Of a DNA stretch of 64,000 bases, positions 1 through 11,600 are shown piece by piece. The notes beneath the pieces are model-generated. The model ran no database searches and had not been told where the DNA came from. It saw nothing but the letters and a program-made list of their open reading frames with translations. Source of the stretch: Massalongia carnosa (Eukaryota); the NCBI GenBank assembly GCA_965645245.1, contig OZ287068.1, positions 1 through 64,000 on the forward strand. The letters run 5' to 3'. A program made the position numbers and the translations under genes. The stretch's first letter is position 1. The number at the start of each line of letters is the position of its first letter.

Positions 1-1010
1 GCTAAGATTACTGCGTATGTTTATTTCATCAATATGCGTGGTTTCTTTTTCTTTTAAAATATTGATGATAATTTTTTCGTCATCGTTTAAATCAAGGAAC
101 AACTCTTTCTGTTGTTTCTTATTGATTTTTTTGATTGCCAGCCTAAGCTTTCAGCAAGCTCTTTTGTTTCTGTAAATAAAACTGCCTTATTATTCTGAAT
201 AAGGTAATTGCAGCCTGCACTTTTTGAATCAGTTATTTTACCAGGCAAAGCAAATACGTCGCGGTTATAATTATTAGCAAGTTCTGCGGTTATCATACTG
301 CCACCTTTTATAGCTGTTTCAATTACCACAGTTGCATCAGCCATGCCTGCAACAATGCGATTGCGTTTGGGAAAATTATGTTTATCCGGTTTATCACCAT
401 TGCGAAATTCAGTTAGCAATCCGCCATGCAGCACCATTTCTTTTGCTAAAGCTTTATGCTGATGAGGATATATTGTATGCAATCCATGCGCAAGCACAGC
501 AACAGTTTCAAGTTCATTTTGCAAAGCAACTTTATGCGCAATGGCATCAATGCCAAAAGCAAGTCCGCTAATAATAAGCGCATTAAATTCTTTTAATTCA
601 CTTACCAGTTTTTCTGTTACATGCTTTCCATAATCTGTATTGCTTCGTGTACCAACAATACTTATAATTTTTGAAGTATTTAAATCTGCACTCCCTTTAT
701 AATACAGCATTGCTGGCGGATCATAACAATTTAATAAGCGCTTAGGATAGTTTTTTGCTGGTTATAAAAACAGGTTGTACCTTATATTTTTCAATAAACT
801 TTATTTCACTTTCAGCAGCTTTAAAATCTTCAAACGCTTTTATACTTTTTGTTTTGATAAAACCAATGTTCTCAACATTGCTTAAATCTTTTTCTTTTGC
901 TTTAAAACATTTTCTGCTGTACCAAAATGCTCTACTAAATTTTTTACTGGTACACATCCTACATTAGGGATAAGCGTTATTGCAATTTGATATAAAAGAT
1001 CATTCGTCAT
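1..1010 (-). CDS. dprA: DNA-processing protein DprA (frameshifted in this assembly; 3' end runs off the window)
   Basis: ATG at 1010 (MTNDLLYQIAITLIPNVG). ORF 87..710 has DprA motifs SIVGTR, SGLAFGIDAIAH, NFPKRNRIVAG, GGSMITAELA, VFALPG. Frame breaks near 905, 750 and 120 fall in A/T homopolymers. Confidence 0.9.
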
Positions 1011-1031
1011 CAGATCAAAAATAAAAATAAA

Positions 1032-1056
1032 AAGCAGGTTATGTTAGAACCTGCTT
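1032..1056 (-). terminator. Probable Rho-independent terminator after SIMPL gene
   Basis: AAGCAGGTT-atgttag-AACCTGCTT hairpin followed by a T-rich run on the minus strand, about 20 bp after the stop at 1077. Confidence 0.65.
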
Positions 1057-1076
1057 CCAAGTATATGTACTAAGTA

Positions 1077-1802
1077 TTATTTCAATTCAAAAATCACGTT
1101 TACATTCATCTCAATTTTTATTTTTTTAAAATCAACATTCATTGGTGCTGCTTCATTGTCTGCAGCAACGCCGCCAATCTTGCTTTGTAAAGCAAAAACT
1201 CTTGGCTGCGGATAATCTGTGCTTTCATTAGGGTCATTGATCGTTAACGCATTACCAACATTATCGCCCAAAGCTGAAGCTAAATAAACGGCTTCTTCTT
1301 TTGCATTTTTTACAGCCTGCATTTTTAATTGCTTTTTTATTGAATCAAGATTACTGTGCGATGTTCTGCTGATATAAAAATTTTGCGTAGCCTGATCGTC
1401 AAGTTTATCAACCAGCTTATCCATATCATCAACCGTTTTTAATTTTAATTCGTAAGTAATTCCGGCTTTCATATCAGGGTTTTTCTTTTTATTTTTCTGA
1501 TACCACCAGTAATTTCCATCCCAGCCTGAATAGCTTTGCACTACAACATCTGTATCAGCAATACCCATACTTTTAACTGCTGTAAGAAACTGGTTGCGTA
1601 TAGTTTCAATATCTACTTTATCGTTATTTTTTTTATCGTATTCACGCAGTTCAATATCAACATAAATTTCATCGGGTGTTATTTCAAGTTCTGCATGGCC
1701 GTTCACATTTACTGTGCGTTGTTTAATTGTGTTATCAATTGATTGTGCATTAGTAATAATTAAACATAAACTTGCAGAGAGTGCTAAAATTAATTTTCTC
1801 AT
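1077..1802 (-). CDS. SIMPL (DUF541/YggE-like) exported protein
   Basis: Signal peptide, then TVNVNGHAELEITPD, AVKNAKEEAVYLASALG and C-terminal VNVIFELK, typical of the SIMPL family. Confidence 0.8.
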   Translation of the reverse strand: MRKLILALSASLCLIITNAQSIDNTIKQRTVNVNGHAELEITPDEIYVDIELREYDKKNNDKVDIETIRNQFLTAVKSMGIADTDVVVQSYSGWDGNYWWYQKNKKKNPDMKAGITYELKLKTVDDMDKLVDKLDDQATQNFYISRTSHSNLDSIKKQLKMQAVKNAKEEAVYLASALGDNVGNALTINDPNESTDYPQPRVFALQSKIGGVAADNEAAPMNVDFKKIKIEMNVNVIFELK

Positions 1803-1945
1803 ATTTAAATTGTTTGAAGTATGATGCCAAAACTTAAATATTACATAACCTTTTTTATGATTAACAATCGGTTAAGAAGACGATTTCGATGAGAAGTTAT
1901 AAGCTTTCCAAGTGTACAGATCAACCAACACATAAACTCATTCAA

Positions 1946-2461
1946 CTAACTATTCATAAATAAAGCCTTTAACTCAATTGCATCATCCGGTTTCATTTTA
2001 CCACCTAAAATTAATCGCACCTGCCTTCTTCTTAAAGCACCTTCAAACAACAAAATTTCCTCTTCTGTTTCAGGAATTACAGCAGGTACCGCCCTTGGTT
2101 TATTATTTAGATCCAATGCTACAAAAGTAAAATACGCTTCATTACTTTCATAACTATACTGATGTAAATTATCTTCACCCCAAACTTTTAAGTTAATTTC
2201 CATTGAAGTATTAAATGCCCTTGTAACCCTTGATTCTATTCTTACCACGTTGCCCAGCTTGATTGGATTTTTAAAACTTATGTTATCAACACTTGCCGTC
2301 ATGCAAGGCGCATTACAATGTTTAACTGCAGTCATTGCGCCTGCAATATCCATCCAATACATCAGCCTGCCACCCATAAGATTACCAAATACGTTTGTAT
2401 CGTTAGGCAATACTATTTCATTCATTACTGTAATGCTTTCGTTTACCTTTTTTGCCTGCAT
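1946..2461 (-). CDS. Acyl-CoA thioesterase (hotdog fold, YciA-like)
   Basis: VLPNDTNVFGNLMGGRLMYWMD, TASVDNISF, RAFNTSME and AYFTFVALD motifs. Confidence 0.9.
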   Translation of the reverse strand: MQAKKVNESITVMNEIVLPNDTNVFGNLMGGRLMYWMDIAGAMTAVKHCNAPCMTASVDNISFKNPIKLGNVVRIESRVTRAFNTSMEINLKVWGEDNLHQYSYESNEAYFTFVALDLNNKPRAVPAVIPETEEEILLFEGALRRRQVRLILGGKMKPDDAIELKALFMNS

Positions 2462-2506
2462 AAATTTTTGGCAAATATAGCAATCGTGTTATGGCATGGC
2501 TGAAAT

Positions 2507-2532
2507 AAAAAAGCTCCCGTTAAGGAGCTTTT
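2507..2532 (-). terminator. Rho-independent terminator after TPR gene
   Basis: AAAAGCTCC-cgttaa-GGAGCTTTT hairpin with A/T tails, directly after the inferred stop at 2538. Confidence 0.75.
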
Positions 2533-2537
2533 AAAAA

Positions 2538-4301
2538 TTAAGGTTTGCTGCCGCTACCGGATTTTGACGCGCCTGCCGATCTCGGCTTGTTATAATTATC
2601 AAGTGCTTTCTGCCAACTGGCTCTTTATACCGGCTGCATATTTATTTTCGTCAGAGTTAGGATCAGGATATAATGATGCCATTTCTGTTGCAATGTCTAT
2701 TCCTTTTTTATAATTCTCTGCTTTAGAATTTTGTTTATTATACTGCGCATAATAAACCAACAGGTAAGCATCATTTCTAAAAATTATTTGTTTGGAAGAA
2801 GTTGCAGTATCTTTTGCTTCAAACTGGTTTTGGGCAATGATTGCAGGAATTGCCAACCCTCTTGATGTATCTCTGTCAGAAAATTTTGCATAACGTACCC
2901 GGAAAGAGTAAGGTTGTGGTTTATCAGGATAAGCCGCTGTATAAGATTGAAGTACGGAATCACCCAATAAATATTTTGTAGAATCAAATGCGCCAGTTGT
3001 ATCTTTCTGTGCAGCATCAGCAATAGATTTACCCATCGTAAAATACTGTGTTTCAGAAAGTTTTGCACCACTTACAGATTGCATTGCTTTTATTAACTGC
3101 AACTGCATTCCATAGTTTCCTGAACGTGCAGCTATATCAGCAGCTTTATTTAAAAATCATTCTGATCTGCCTTCACTGTGTCTTTCATTATTGCTCTTTG
3201 TAAAAACATTGCTGCACTATCGCTGCTTGATGGAAATTTAGCCAGCACGGTTCCTGCAAAAGCATAATCATCAGGTTGAATATCTGATGTATCTCCACTC
3301 GCAAAATATTTTTGTATGTATGATCTTGCTTTTAATGAATCACCCAGCCTGTCGTAATCATAAGCATACAATACATTCAATCTTGCATAATTTGCACAGC
3401 CACCTGAAGCCATCGTATTTGCTTGGTTTAAAGATTCCTGATATTTACCTGCACGGAAAAGATAATCACCTAAGTAGTAATCATTAGCGCAACTTTTATC
3501 AGCATTGGCTACAAATTTATCAAGATACTGTTTTGCTGCGTTTACATCTTTTTCTTCATAGTATTGAAAATAGGCAAGATAAACCGGCGCATAAGTTGCA
3601 TCAGCTGCAATTGCTTTTCCGTACCATTCATCCATAGATTCTTTATTGCGCTGGCTTTGATAAATCTTTCCCGTTCTGTAATAAGCTTCTGCATACTGAG
3701 GGTTTATTTGTGTTGCCTGCTGAAATGCAGTAACAGCTTCACCGCCATGATCGCCACCTAATTTTAAATAGCAGATACCAAGATTAATAAATATACTTGG
3801 GTCTTTGGGATTGATTTGCGCAGCCTGCTTCAATTTATCAATACCATAATTAGGATCGCCTTGCGTGCTACTGCCCGCTGCCATTGCGCGACCAACTGCA
3901 TTTAATATATCTGCGTTCGGACCTTTATTTTTTCCTTTATTAGAGGTTGAAGCAGTAATTGCCTGTTCAAATTTTTGTTTAGCGGCGTTTATATCTCCGC
4001 CCTGTAAAACATCTACTTCGCCGCTGCCAACCCAAATCCATGGATCGTTTACGCCGGCGGTAAGTGCGTTTTGATAAACGGCTTTTGCACTGTCAAGGTG
4101 CTTATCACCAATGTATGCCTGCCCTAACCAATAAAGTGCAATGGGATCTTTTGGATTTGCGGCTATAAGTTTTTGCAGGGTTTGTTTTGCGCTGGTATAA
4201 CGCTGATAATACATAAACTTAGTTGCATCATTTATGTTTTGTGCAGCAACATAATTGTAAACAAATACCAAACTAATAATAGCGAAGGTTACTTTCTTCA
4301 T
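2538..4301 (-). CDS. Exported tetratricopeptide-repeat protein (frameshifted near 3150 and 2610)
   Basis: Signal peptide plus TPR units (ALYWLGQAY, IFINLGICY, AYYRTGKIY). ORFs 3150..4301 and 2599..3108 join by a 1-nt shift in a T run; a further shift gives ...QKALDNYNKPRSAGASKSGSGSKP* ending at 2538. Confidence 0.8.
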
Positions 4302-4378
4302 TGTTCTGATGTTTTATTTAAAAGATTTTTGTTTGATTCCATTAAAGATTTTCTATAGCCAAAATCAATTTTGGCGGC
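4298..4378 (-). CDS. C-terminal stub of the upstream bacterial gene, cut by the telomere junction
   Basis: Open frame AAKIDFGYRKSLMESNKNLLNKTSEQ* whose TGA overlaps the TPR ATG (ATGA coupling). No start codon of its own before the junction. Confidence 0.5.
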   Translation of the reverse strand, partial: AAKIDFGYRKSLMESNKNLLNKTSEQ

Positions 4379-4556
4379 TAACCCTAACCCTAACCCTAAC
4401 CCTAACCCTAACCCTAACCCTAACCCTAACCCTAACCCTAACCCTAACCCTAACCCTAACCCTAACCCTAACCCTAACCCTAACCCTAACCCTAACCCTA
4501 ACCCTAACCCTAACCCTAACCCTAACCCTAACCCTAACCCTAACCCTAACCCTAAC
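4378..4556 (+). repeat. Telomeric repeat (CCCTAA)n, about 30 perfect units, left chromosome end orientation
   Basis: Uninterrupted CTAACC hexamers over 179 bp. The C-rich strand on + means the chromosome extends to the right. Confidence 0.97.
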
Positions 4557-4870
4557 GGACTTGCAAAGTCTCATCTTCAGGGCGTGTAAGTCCGGAACGT
4601 ATATTTTTCCTCGATAGTGCAGTCGGCTATCCATCTCTGTGCACTCTGCCAGCGAGGTTTCCTTGGAGTATCTTGCACCTGATCGTAATAATTCCAGAAT
4701 TCTCATCGGAAAGAGGTCCTTTTCCAATGATTCTTGCCATAATTCTTCCAAGGTCTTGATTTCATCCTGATCTGAGACGATTTCCAGAGGTTCACTTTGT
4801 TCTGAGGCTTCAACATTTTCTTCGAGAGGTTCATCTGCTAATCCGTTCGCTAGAAGTTGTGGAATTGACT
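4557..4870 (-). mobile_element. Ty3/Gypsy pol fragment (RNase H-integrase linker) truncated by the telomere
   Basis: EELWQESLEKDLFPMRILELLRSGARYSKETSLAECTEMDSRLHYRGKIYVPD aligns by eye with DELWNQAIQRDHFAPKILVMLQNGTRYHSGIQLAECEDRDGVLYFRNRRYVPK in the Gypsy pol at about 26000-26170. Confidence 0.85.
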
Positions 4871-4924
4871 ATCTACTGGGAAGCTATGCACTAGAAAATA
4901 TCAAAGATGCAGAAAGGAAACAAG

Positions 4925-6605
4925 CAAAAGTCAAGTTTCGGTGACAAGTTCATGAATCATGCTGCGGAATTGCCGCATGCTGAATTGAATTTTTTGGTAT
5001 ACAATCTGATCCCCAATCCAATCAATATAACCTGCACTGGTGGTGTTGTAATGATTTTCAACCCGTACGTGCGTAAATCCAACATCCATTGCATGGGACT
5101 GTGACTGCCCCGAATCATAAATCGATTCATCATGTCTCGAACTCGTCCCAAACATCCCTTGTCGTCGGTCGCGAACCCCTCGTGTTCCGACTCGTCCTCC
5201 TCGTCGCTGGCACGGTTCTCGCTCAACCACTCCCTCATCTGTGACACTGAATCCGGCATTTCTGCTCGTTCCTCCTCGACACTGTTCTCCCATGCATGCT
5301 GCACTACAATCATGCGTGGCAACTTGATCATCCGTGACAATATGGATGGCTATCGATCGGGTCCTAACCATCGATCCTCGTCCACTCCCAACACCGCCAC
5401 CGCGTTCACCAATGGGCTGTCTTATTCGGTGCGTGTGTTTCGTTGATCCAATAACGCAACGCAAAATCCAAACATAATTCATCAACCCGACTCAATCCGG
5501 CCTCTTCATAAATGGGGCGGTCTGTCTCTTCAACATCTGGGATTTCCACCGTTGACGACGTTGATTCGACTTCCTTATTTTCTTCCTCGGCCCTTTCAAT
5601 GGCGGTGCAAAATCCTCTCCATGCTCGTTTCTGGGCTGGCGTGAATCGATATGGCGGGCTACTCTCGCTGCCTTGGGGCCGCGCACGGGTAAAAAACATC
5701 ATTACCTGCTTCCATGGTCGACTGTGATCTTGGATGGATTGATTGTCCATGTATGGTTGCAACGGCGTGTATTCCTGACAGCTGTGGCCTTTGCGCACTG
5801 TTTCCATGCGCACAAAAACCCCCACCCGGGAAATGATGGTTTGCTGACAATGTCTGATCATGCCATCAAATGACGTCCACATTTCAATGCTCGGTTCCTC
5901 TGCTGAGTCGGGTGGAGCCACTAATCTCATCAACGCCGGCCGTTCGAATCCTGTCAAATACTTCAACCACCCAGTTCTCTCCAACCATGGGTTCAACTCC
6001 GTCTGCTCCCCCTCCTGGATCATCCTTCGTTCTTTTTCTTTGACTGCCATCATAGCCTGACTCATGGTCTGTCGCGCTTGAATCTGCACGTTAATTCCAA
6101 CTCTCGCATTCGTTCTGGACGCCGATCCTGTATTAACTATCTCTATAAAAAGTTATCCTTGACTATGAACGAAAAACCACTGACATGTGACGATTCGCCA
6201 TGGCTTGGGAGTCGGGTTTGGCTTGAAAAGCTTACTGGGTCTTCCCTTTCGCGCTTGCGCCGACCATCCATGCTTTTGCTTGCTATGCATTCTCCTGCCA
6301 TTTTCATTGCGACAAATGTATTGACATCTAATCGGTTCTATTTCACATAATATACTATCGGAATACACCGGCAATGTACGGACGGGACTATCGATTCGAA
6401 TGGGCATCTTTAATTCAACAGGATTTTGAATCAAATTGGGCTATGATTGCGCCGACTCCGCGATGAGTGCGGCTTCCCTGCTTTTCATGCGATGCTGCGG
6501 GCCTTAAAAATGGGACTGCACCTGAGCGGGCCAAATGACGTGTTGACATTTGCGACACACGATCATTCGTCACTCGCTCAAATGTTCAATGAGTAATGCG
6601 CTCAT
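4925..6605 (-). pseudogene. Telomere-linked RecQ-like helicase (TLH) gene, N-terminal DUF3505 part only
   Basis: Start MSALLIEHLSE*RMIVCRKCQHVIWPAQVQSH, a C2H2-like CQYIC...MHSKQKH, NPWLERTGW, SPMQWMLDLRTYGLKI-HYNTTSAGYIDW and QFSMRQFRSMIHELV. Contains stops and frameshifts; no helicase motifs present. Confidence 0.7.
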
Positions 6606-7120
6606 GATGATGATGCTGATAATTGCGAATTCGGAGGTTGAATTTTTCATGATATGGGTTCTCGCTTATCCGCGAAGTGCGCGCAAGCGGGATGTCATGT
6701 TCAATGAAGCCGAATTGTTTTATTGGATTTACTACTTCATATTAATGCGACATTGTTAGTTCCTGCAGATTCGGAATCGCCGAATGAAATTGTACAATTT
6801 ATATATACAATATGTCTCGCGGTACTCATCATCTGCTGATGTTGAGAGGCGGCAAGGTTTGATGTTCCTGTACTTTCGCCGCTCAAAAGCTCCTCCAACA
6901 CCCTTTACGCCGCGATTTTCTAAAATCGGCAAATGGTCGAAAGTTTTCCGTTGAAATAATTGTTGAAATTTCGAAGCTGGGCTCCCTGCTCTAAGTTTTC
7001 GGAAGAAATCTGGACGTTTCTTGTAAATTAATTGGTGTGGTCGAAATTAATTGAATAGGACCTCCCCAGATGAGAAGTACGCCGCTTAATTTAAGAGTTT
7101 TATTGAATGGGACCACCAAT

Positions 7121-7800
7121 TCAATTAAGCATATGGGATAGGAACATCCTCTTCATGTCACGGTAGCAGAACCTAAACTCTGCAGGCAGCTTTGCACCTT
7201 CGCGTCTTAGCTCCTTAGTCTGCTTGTTGATCTTGTGCATGGCCTTCCAGATATCTGCGTCAAACTGCTCGAGGTTAAGAACGTGAAGGTACTCCAGCCA
7301 GGACTTCAGCAATCGAGGGTTCTCCTGCACATTGTACGTCTCATACCATGACGCCGCTTGGTTGAAACTAATGAAGGCGTCGCGGAGATCTTTTACTGCT
7401 CTCCACCTCCGCTTATACTCCTCGTGCATAAGCATGTTCCCAACCGGTATATTCTCACCATGTGGTGCTGCTAGTCGCCACGTCTCCCAGTTGATCTTAG
7501 GCTTGAACCACCCTAACCCGGATAGCTCTATACTCTCCTTCATCCCGAGTCCTTCCTTGACGATGGTCTTCCCTTCTTGGACAACCCTCCACCGGTCCTT
7601 AAACAGTAGGGACTCTCGCGCCAGCATATTTCCACCGAAGCAGAAGCGGAGTCCCCGCAGCGCAACAACCATGATGATGGTCTCAGGCAGGGAGTACGTC
7701 TTAGCTGTGTGGGCAAGAACATGCTCGAACAGGAACCAGTATTTGGGATCTGGGCGTGGAGGAGGCATACAAAGTCGATTGTGGGTACAATGTAATATGC
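7121..7800 (-). pseudogene. Unknown protein fragment interrupted by the Copia insertion
   Basis: 215-aa ORF with protein-like composition abutting the Copia LTR at 7805; no motif recognised. Confidence 0.35.
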
Positions 7801-8139
7801 CAGTTATTGTAATAGAAGCTCTGCTGGCATAGTAAAAAGCTCACTTTTGAAACGATTGATATTTCTATCTACCTATCTAAGGACCGTGTTTATATAGATA
7901 GAAAAACATGCCGAAAACCGTTCTCCCTATGACTCACCTTCCTGCTTCCTAGAAATCTAAGATTGGTGATTGACTCATATCCAATTTATGACTCGATAGG
8001 AATGTTCATAGAAGTTTTGCGGTGCTTCTCGAGGTCGTTATGTGTTGCCTAATGTTCTTACCAACGCACTAATCCCAATGCGGTACTATGCGACTCTGAA
8101 CACTTTACTAGGCATCAGCCGGGTGACTTTGCACATTAC

Positions 8140-8474
8140 TATGAAATATAAATTCAATTTGTAGGTATAGTAGCATGATTGTCATTGAAGGTAAATATCT
8201 ATGTGGGCTATTTGTCTGCTTTATATAGCAGTTACAAAACAGTCACATCTAGGAGGTCAGACCTTGTCCCCCTGACGGTCAGACCTTGTCCTCCTGGCGG
8301 TCAGACCTTGTCCTCCTGACGGTCAGACCTTGTCCCCCTGACGGTCAGACCTTGTCCCCCTGACGGTCAGACCTTGTCTCCCATCTCTGCTTGTTTAGGC
8401 ACTTTGCAAGGCACCTCCCGAGGCTCATGATGGATGCCCATGATGATGGTGGCCTCATCATCTAACATCCAACA
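8140..8474. mobile_element. Solo LTR nested in the Copia 3' LTR
   Basis: TATG...AACA segment flanked by a 5-bp TSD ATTAC (8135-8139 and 8475-8479). Removing it restores the LTR end seen at 13341-13349. Confidence 0.85.
8255..8380 (+). repeat. 22-bp tandem repeat GGTCAGACCTTGTCC(C/T)CCTGAC, about 5.7 copies
   Basis: Head-to-tail units starting at 8255, 8277, 8299, 8321, 8343 and 8365, with no spacers. Confidence 0.95.
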
Positions 8475-8601
8475 ATTACAACACTCCCACTGCAAAGTTG
8501 CCAGGTGAGTAATAATATCCTAAACGCCGGTTTCCAATCTGATTTTGTGTGGCCTATGTGGTCAATTTAGGTGGCCTTATGATGAAGCGTCCTCCATCTT
8601 C

Positions 8602-11600
8602 CTATGCCTCTCTTAGGCCTAATTTCTCGCGCAACTTTCGAAAGATAGGTGCCGCCAGTGGTTTAGTAAAGATATCTGCCACCATATCGTGAGTGGATAC
8701 GTGCTATATAGAGGCATAGTTGTCTTCAACGACCTCCCGAAGATAATGAAGCTGAATATCCATATGTTTGGACCGACTATGGTGCTCAGGGTTTTTTATC
8801 AAATCGAGCGTACCCTGGTTGTCGCCATTTAGGATAATTGGTAGGTTCATATCTTTGGAGAAGTTCAACTCTCCGAACCATCTAGTTGCCCACACTATAT
8901 CTTTGGAAGCCTGGCACATGGAAGAATACTCTGCTTCCATGGTGGATGTGACGACTGACCGTTGCCTCTTACTGGCCCATATAACTGCCCCGTTTCCTAG
9001 CATCAGAACGTGGCCATATGATGATTTTCTATCATGGTTATCACCATACGCTGCATCAGCATATCTAGTGGGTCCGGTGTCATTGGGTTCGTAGGTAAGT
9101 GCCAAATTCGTGGTCCCATTCAGATATTTTATGAGATGGTCTACCGCGTTTCGGTGCCTAATTGCTAGATCGTGCGTATATTGACTAAGCTTTCCAACTG
9201 CTTGGGCAATGTCTGGTCGCGTGTTGATCATCAAAAACATCAAACTCCCTATCCGTTCTTGATATTCTAATTGGTTTGTCCTAGGTTCGTTGACGATGGC
9301 AGGACTGCATGCATCATAGTTGATCAAAGGGGTAAGGACTGAATTTGCTTTATCCATCTTATATTTCTGCAGGAAGCTGCGAATGTAAGATGATTGGTCA
9401 ATCATTATTTTGTCTTTCTCGCGACGTATGCGAATCCCTAAGATGAACTTTGCTGGCCCTAAGTCTTTCATATTATATTCCTTTATTAGTAGACTTTTGA
9501 GCTCCTTTATGGCTGTCATGCTTTTGGAAAATATCAGAAAATCATAAACATAAAGGCTAATGATAACGTGGGTAGTGTGATTAACGAACATACAATTGTC
9601 CCTGAGAGCGCTTTGAAACCAATGGATGTTAGATAATTGGTTATCTTTTTATTCCATCCTCGGCCAGATTGTTTGAGACCATAGAGTTCTTTCAGAACGC
9701 GCAACACATGGTTCGTCAGATGTGGGGGAAGCACCAAGCCTTGGGGAGGCTCCATATAGATTTCGTCATCTAGGGAGCTTTGCAAGTATGCGTTTGGTGC
9801 GTCCATTTGCTCAATATGGAAGTTATATTTACATGCGAAATATAGGAGCATTCGTAAGGATTCATACCTTAGGGTGGGTGAAAACGTGTCCCCATAGTCT
9901 GTCCCGGGGATTTGTTTGAAGCCCCTTGCTACTAATCGTGCTTTATAGCGGTCAACATGGTTAGTAGGGGTGTATTTCACTTTGAAGACCCATCTAGCGG
10001 TGATGATGTTCTTATCTGCTGGTCTTTCAACATATTTCCATGTATTATTGGCGGCGAGAGCATTTAATTCGTCTTGAATAGCAATTTTCCATTTGCGATG
10101 GTCAGTGCATTGCATTGCCTGATTATATGAATGCGGCTCGTACACTTTGGATGGTTGTTTTGCTATATTTGCCCGGTCCCGGTCCTTTTTGTTTCCATAA
10201 GAGTTATCGAATTCGTATCGGTTATACACATCTTTCCTGCGGTTGGAACGTCTGGTAGGTGATGAAGAAGGGGTCCTATTTGTCTCCTGAGTTTGGTTGT
10301 TTTGGTGCTGGGCACCTGCATCATCTTGGTGCAGATTATCCTGAGCACCTGCATCATCATCCTGATGCTGAATACCATCGCCCTGGTGCTGATCACCATT
10401 AGTAGGAACTCCCACTTGATCAGTAGTAGGGTGGTTGGTTGGTGGTGACGATTCATTGTCATCGGAAGAGTCATCGTCATTTAGGACGACGGACGGGGAT
10501 GATAGGCCTTTTGTAAGTAAGGATCCCCCCGGTCTTTTTTCATCAAACTTTATTGAAGTCTGAATTTGCACCTTTTTTGTTTCCACATTGTATAACCTAT
10601 ATTGATTGCTTGAATGATATCCGGTGAATATTGCCTGATATGACACATTATCTAGTTTGGAGCGTTTTTCCTTTGGTACATGCACAAAAGAGACGTATCC
10701 GAACGTACGAAGAGTGTTGATGTTAGGTCTTAGCCCGGTCCAAGACTCATTAGGCGACGTGGTGTTGGTGGTAGGTAAGAAGTTTCTGAGGTGGTTTGCT
10801 GCTACTGCTGCTTCCCCCTAGAAAAATTGTGGCAATTTGGCCCATACCAACATAGACCTTACCATTTGAACAATGGTTCTATTGAACCTTTCGGCGACAC
10901 CGTTCTGCTGGGGCGTGTATGCTGTGGTTGGCTCCATACGAATTCCTAATGGCTGAAGTTGCTCTACGAGATATTTATACTCTTTGGCATTATCAGCACG
11001 AAAGCGAATGATTTTGAGCCCCTTTTCCAACTCGACCATTGCCTTCCAGTCTTTTATGATGCGGTATATGTCTGCCCTACTTTTCATACAGAAGAGCCAA
11101 GATTTTCGGGTATGGTCGTCTATCAAAGAAACGAAATAGGTATACCCACCTAAACTGGCCTTCTTATATGGACCCCAAACGTCAGTATGTATTCTATCGA
11201 GTGGTCTATTTGCCTTCGAGAAAGGAATTTTGCTGATTGTACGGGTCATCTTAGTTAAATTGCAAATCTGGCACGGTAGGTCCAGAATTGCCTTTGAAAA
11301 TTTCTTCCCTGTTGCTTGTTGAAGTCGTATATCATTGGGGTGCCCCAATCGTGTGTGCCATAACCAATATTGGGCCTCATTGGTGGCCTCATTGGTGGTC
11401 TCTTTGGGTGCTCCCACAGGATCGCTATCGATGCAGTCAGGGGTAATAGGAGGAGGAGTTTTGGGTTGAATTTCGCCGGAGGAAAGCGAGGTCAGATATG
11501 TGGTTGATTTAAGGTTTGCCGGTGGTTCGGGGCCATCTAAATCATCATTTTCATCATGGGCTTCGAGGGCCACATGAGATGTGTGGAGGAAGTACGCCCG

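Noticed and set aside
4358..4375. Palindrome GCCAAAAT-CA-ATTTTGGC at the junction as a telomere-resolution site
   Set aside because: Only 8-bp arms, inside a coding frame, and no protelomerase gene is present.
1..4377. Horizontal gene transfer into the fungus
   Set aside because: The segment lies distal to the telomere, shows no amelioration or introns, and has read-error-like indels. An artefact is more parsimonious without read data.
4309..4751. ORFs with LT, NP and VR dipeptide runs
   Set aside because: These are translations of the telomere hexamer. The Gypsy-VR fusion has no ATG or visible promoter.
8255..8380. CRISPR array
   Set aside because: Contiguous tandem units without spacers, inside a eukaryotic LTR, and no cas genes.
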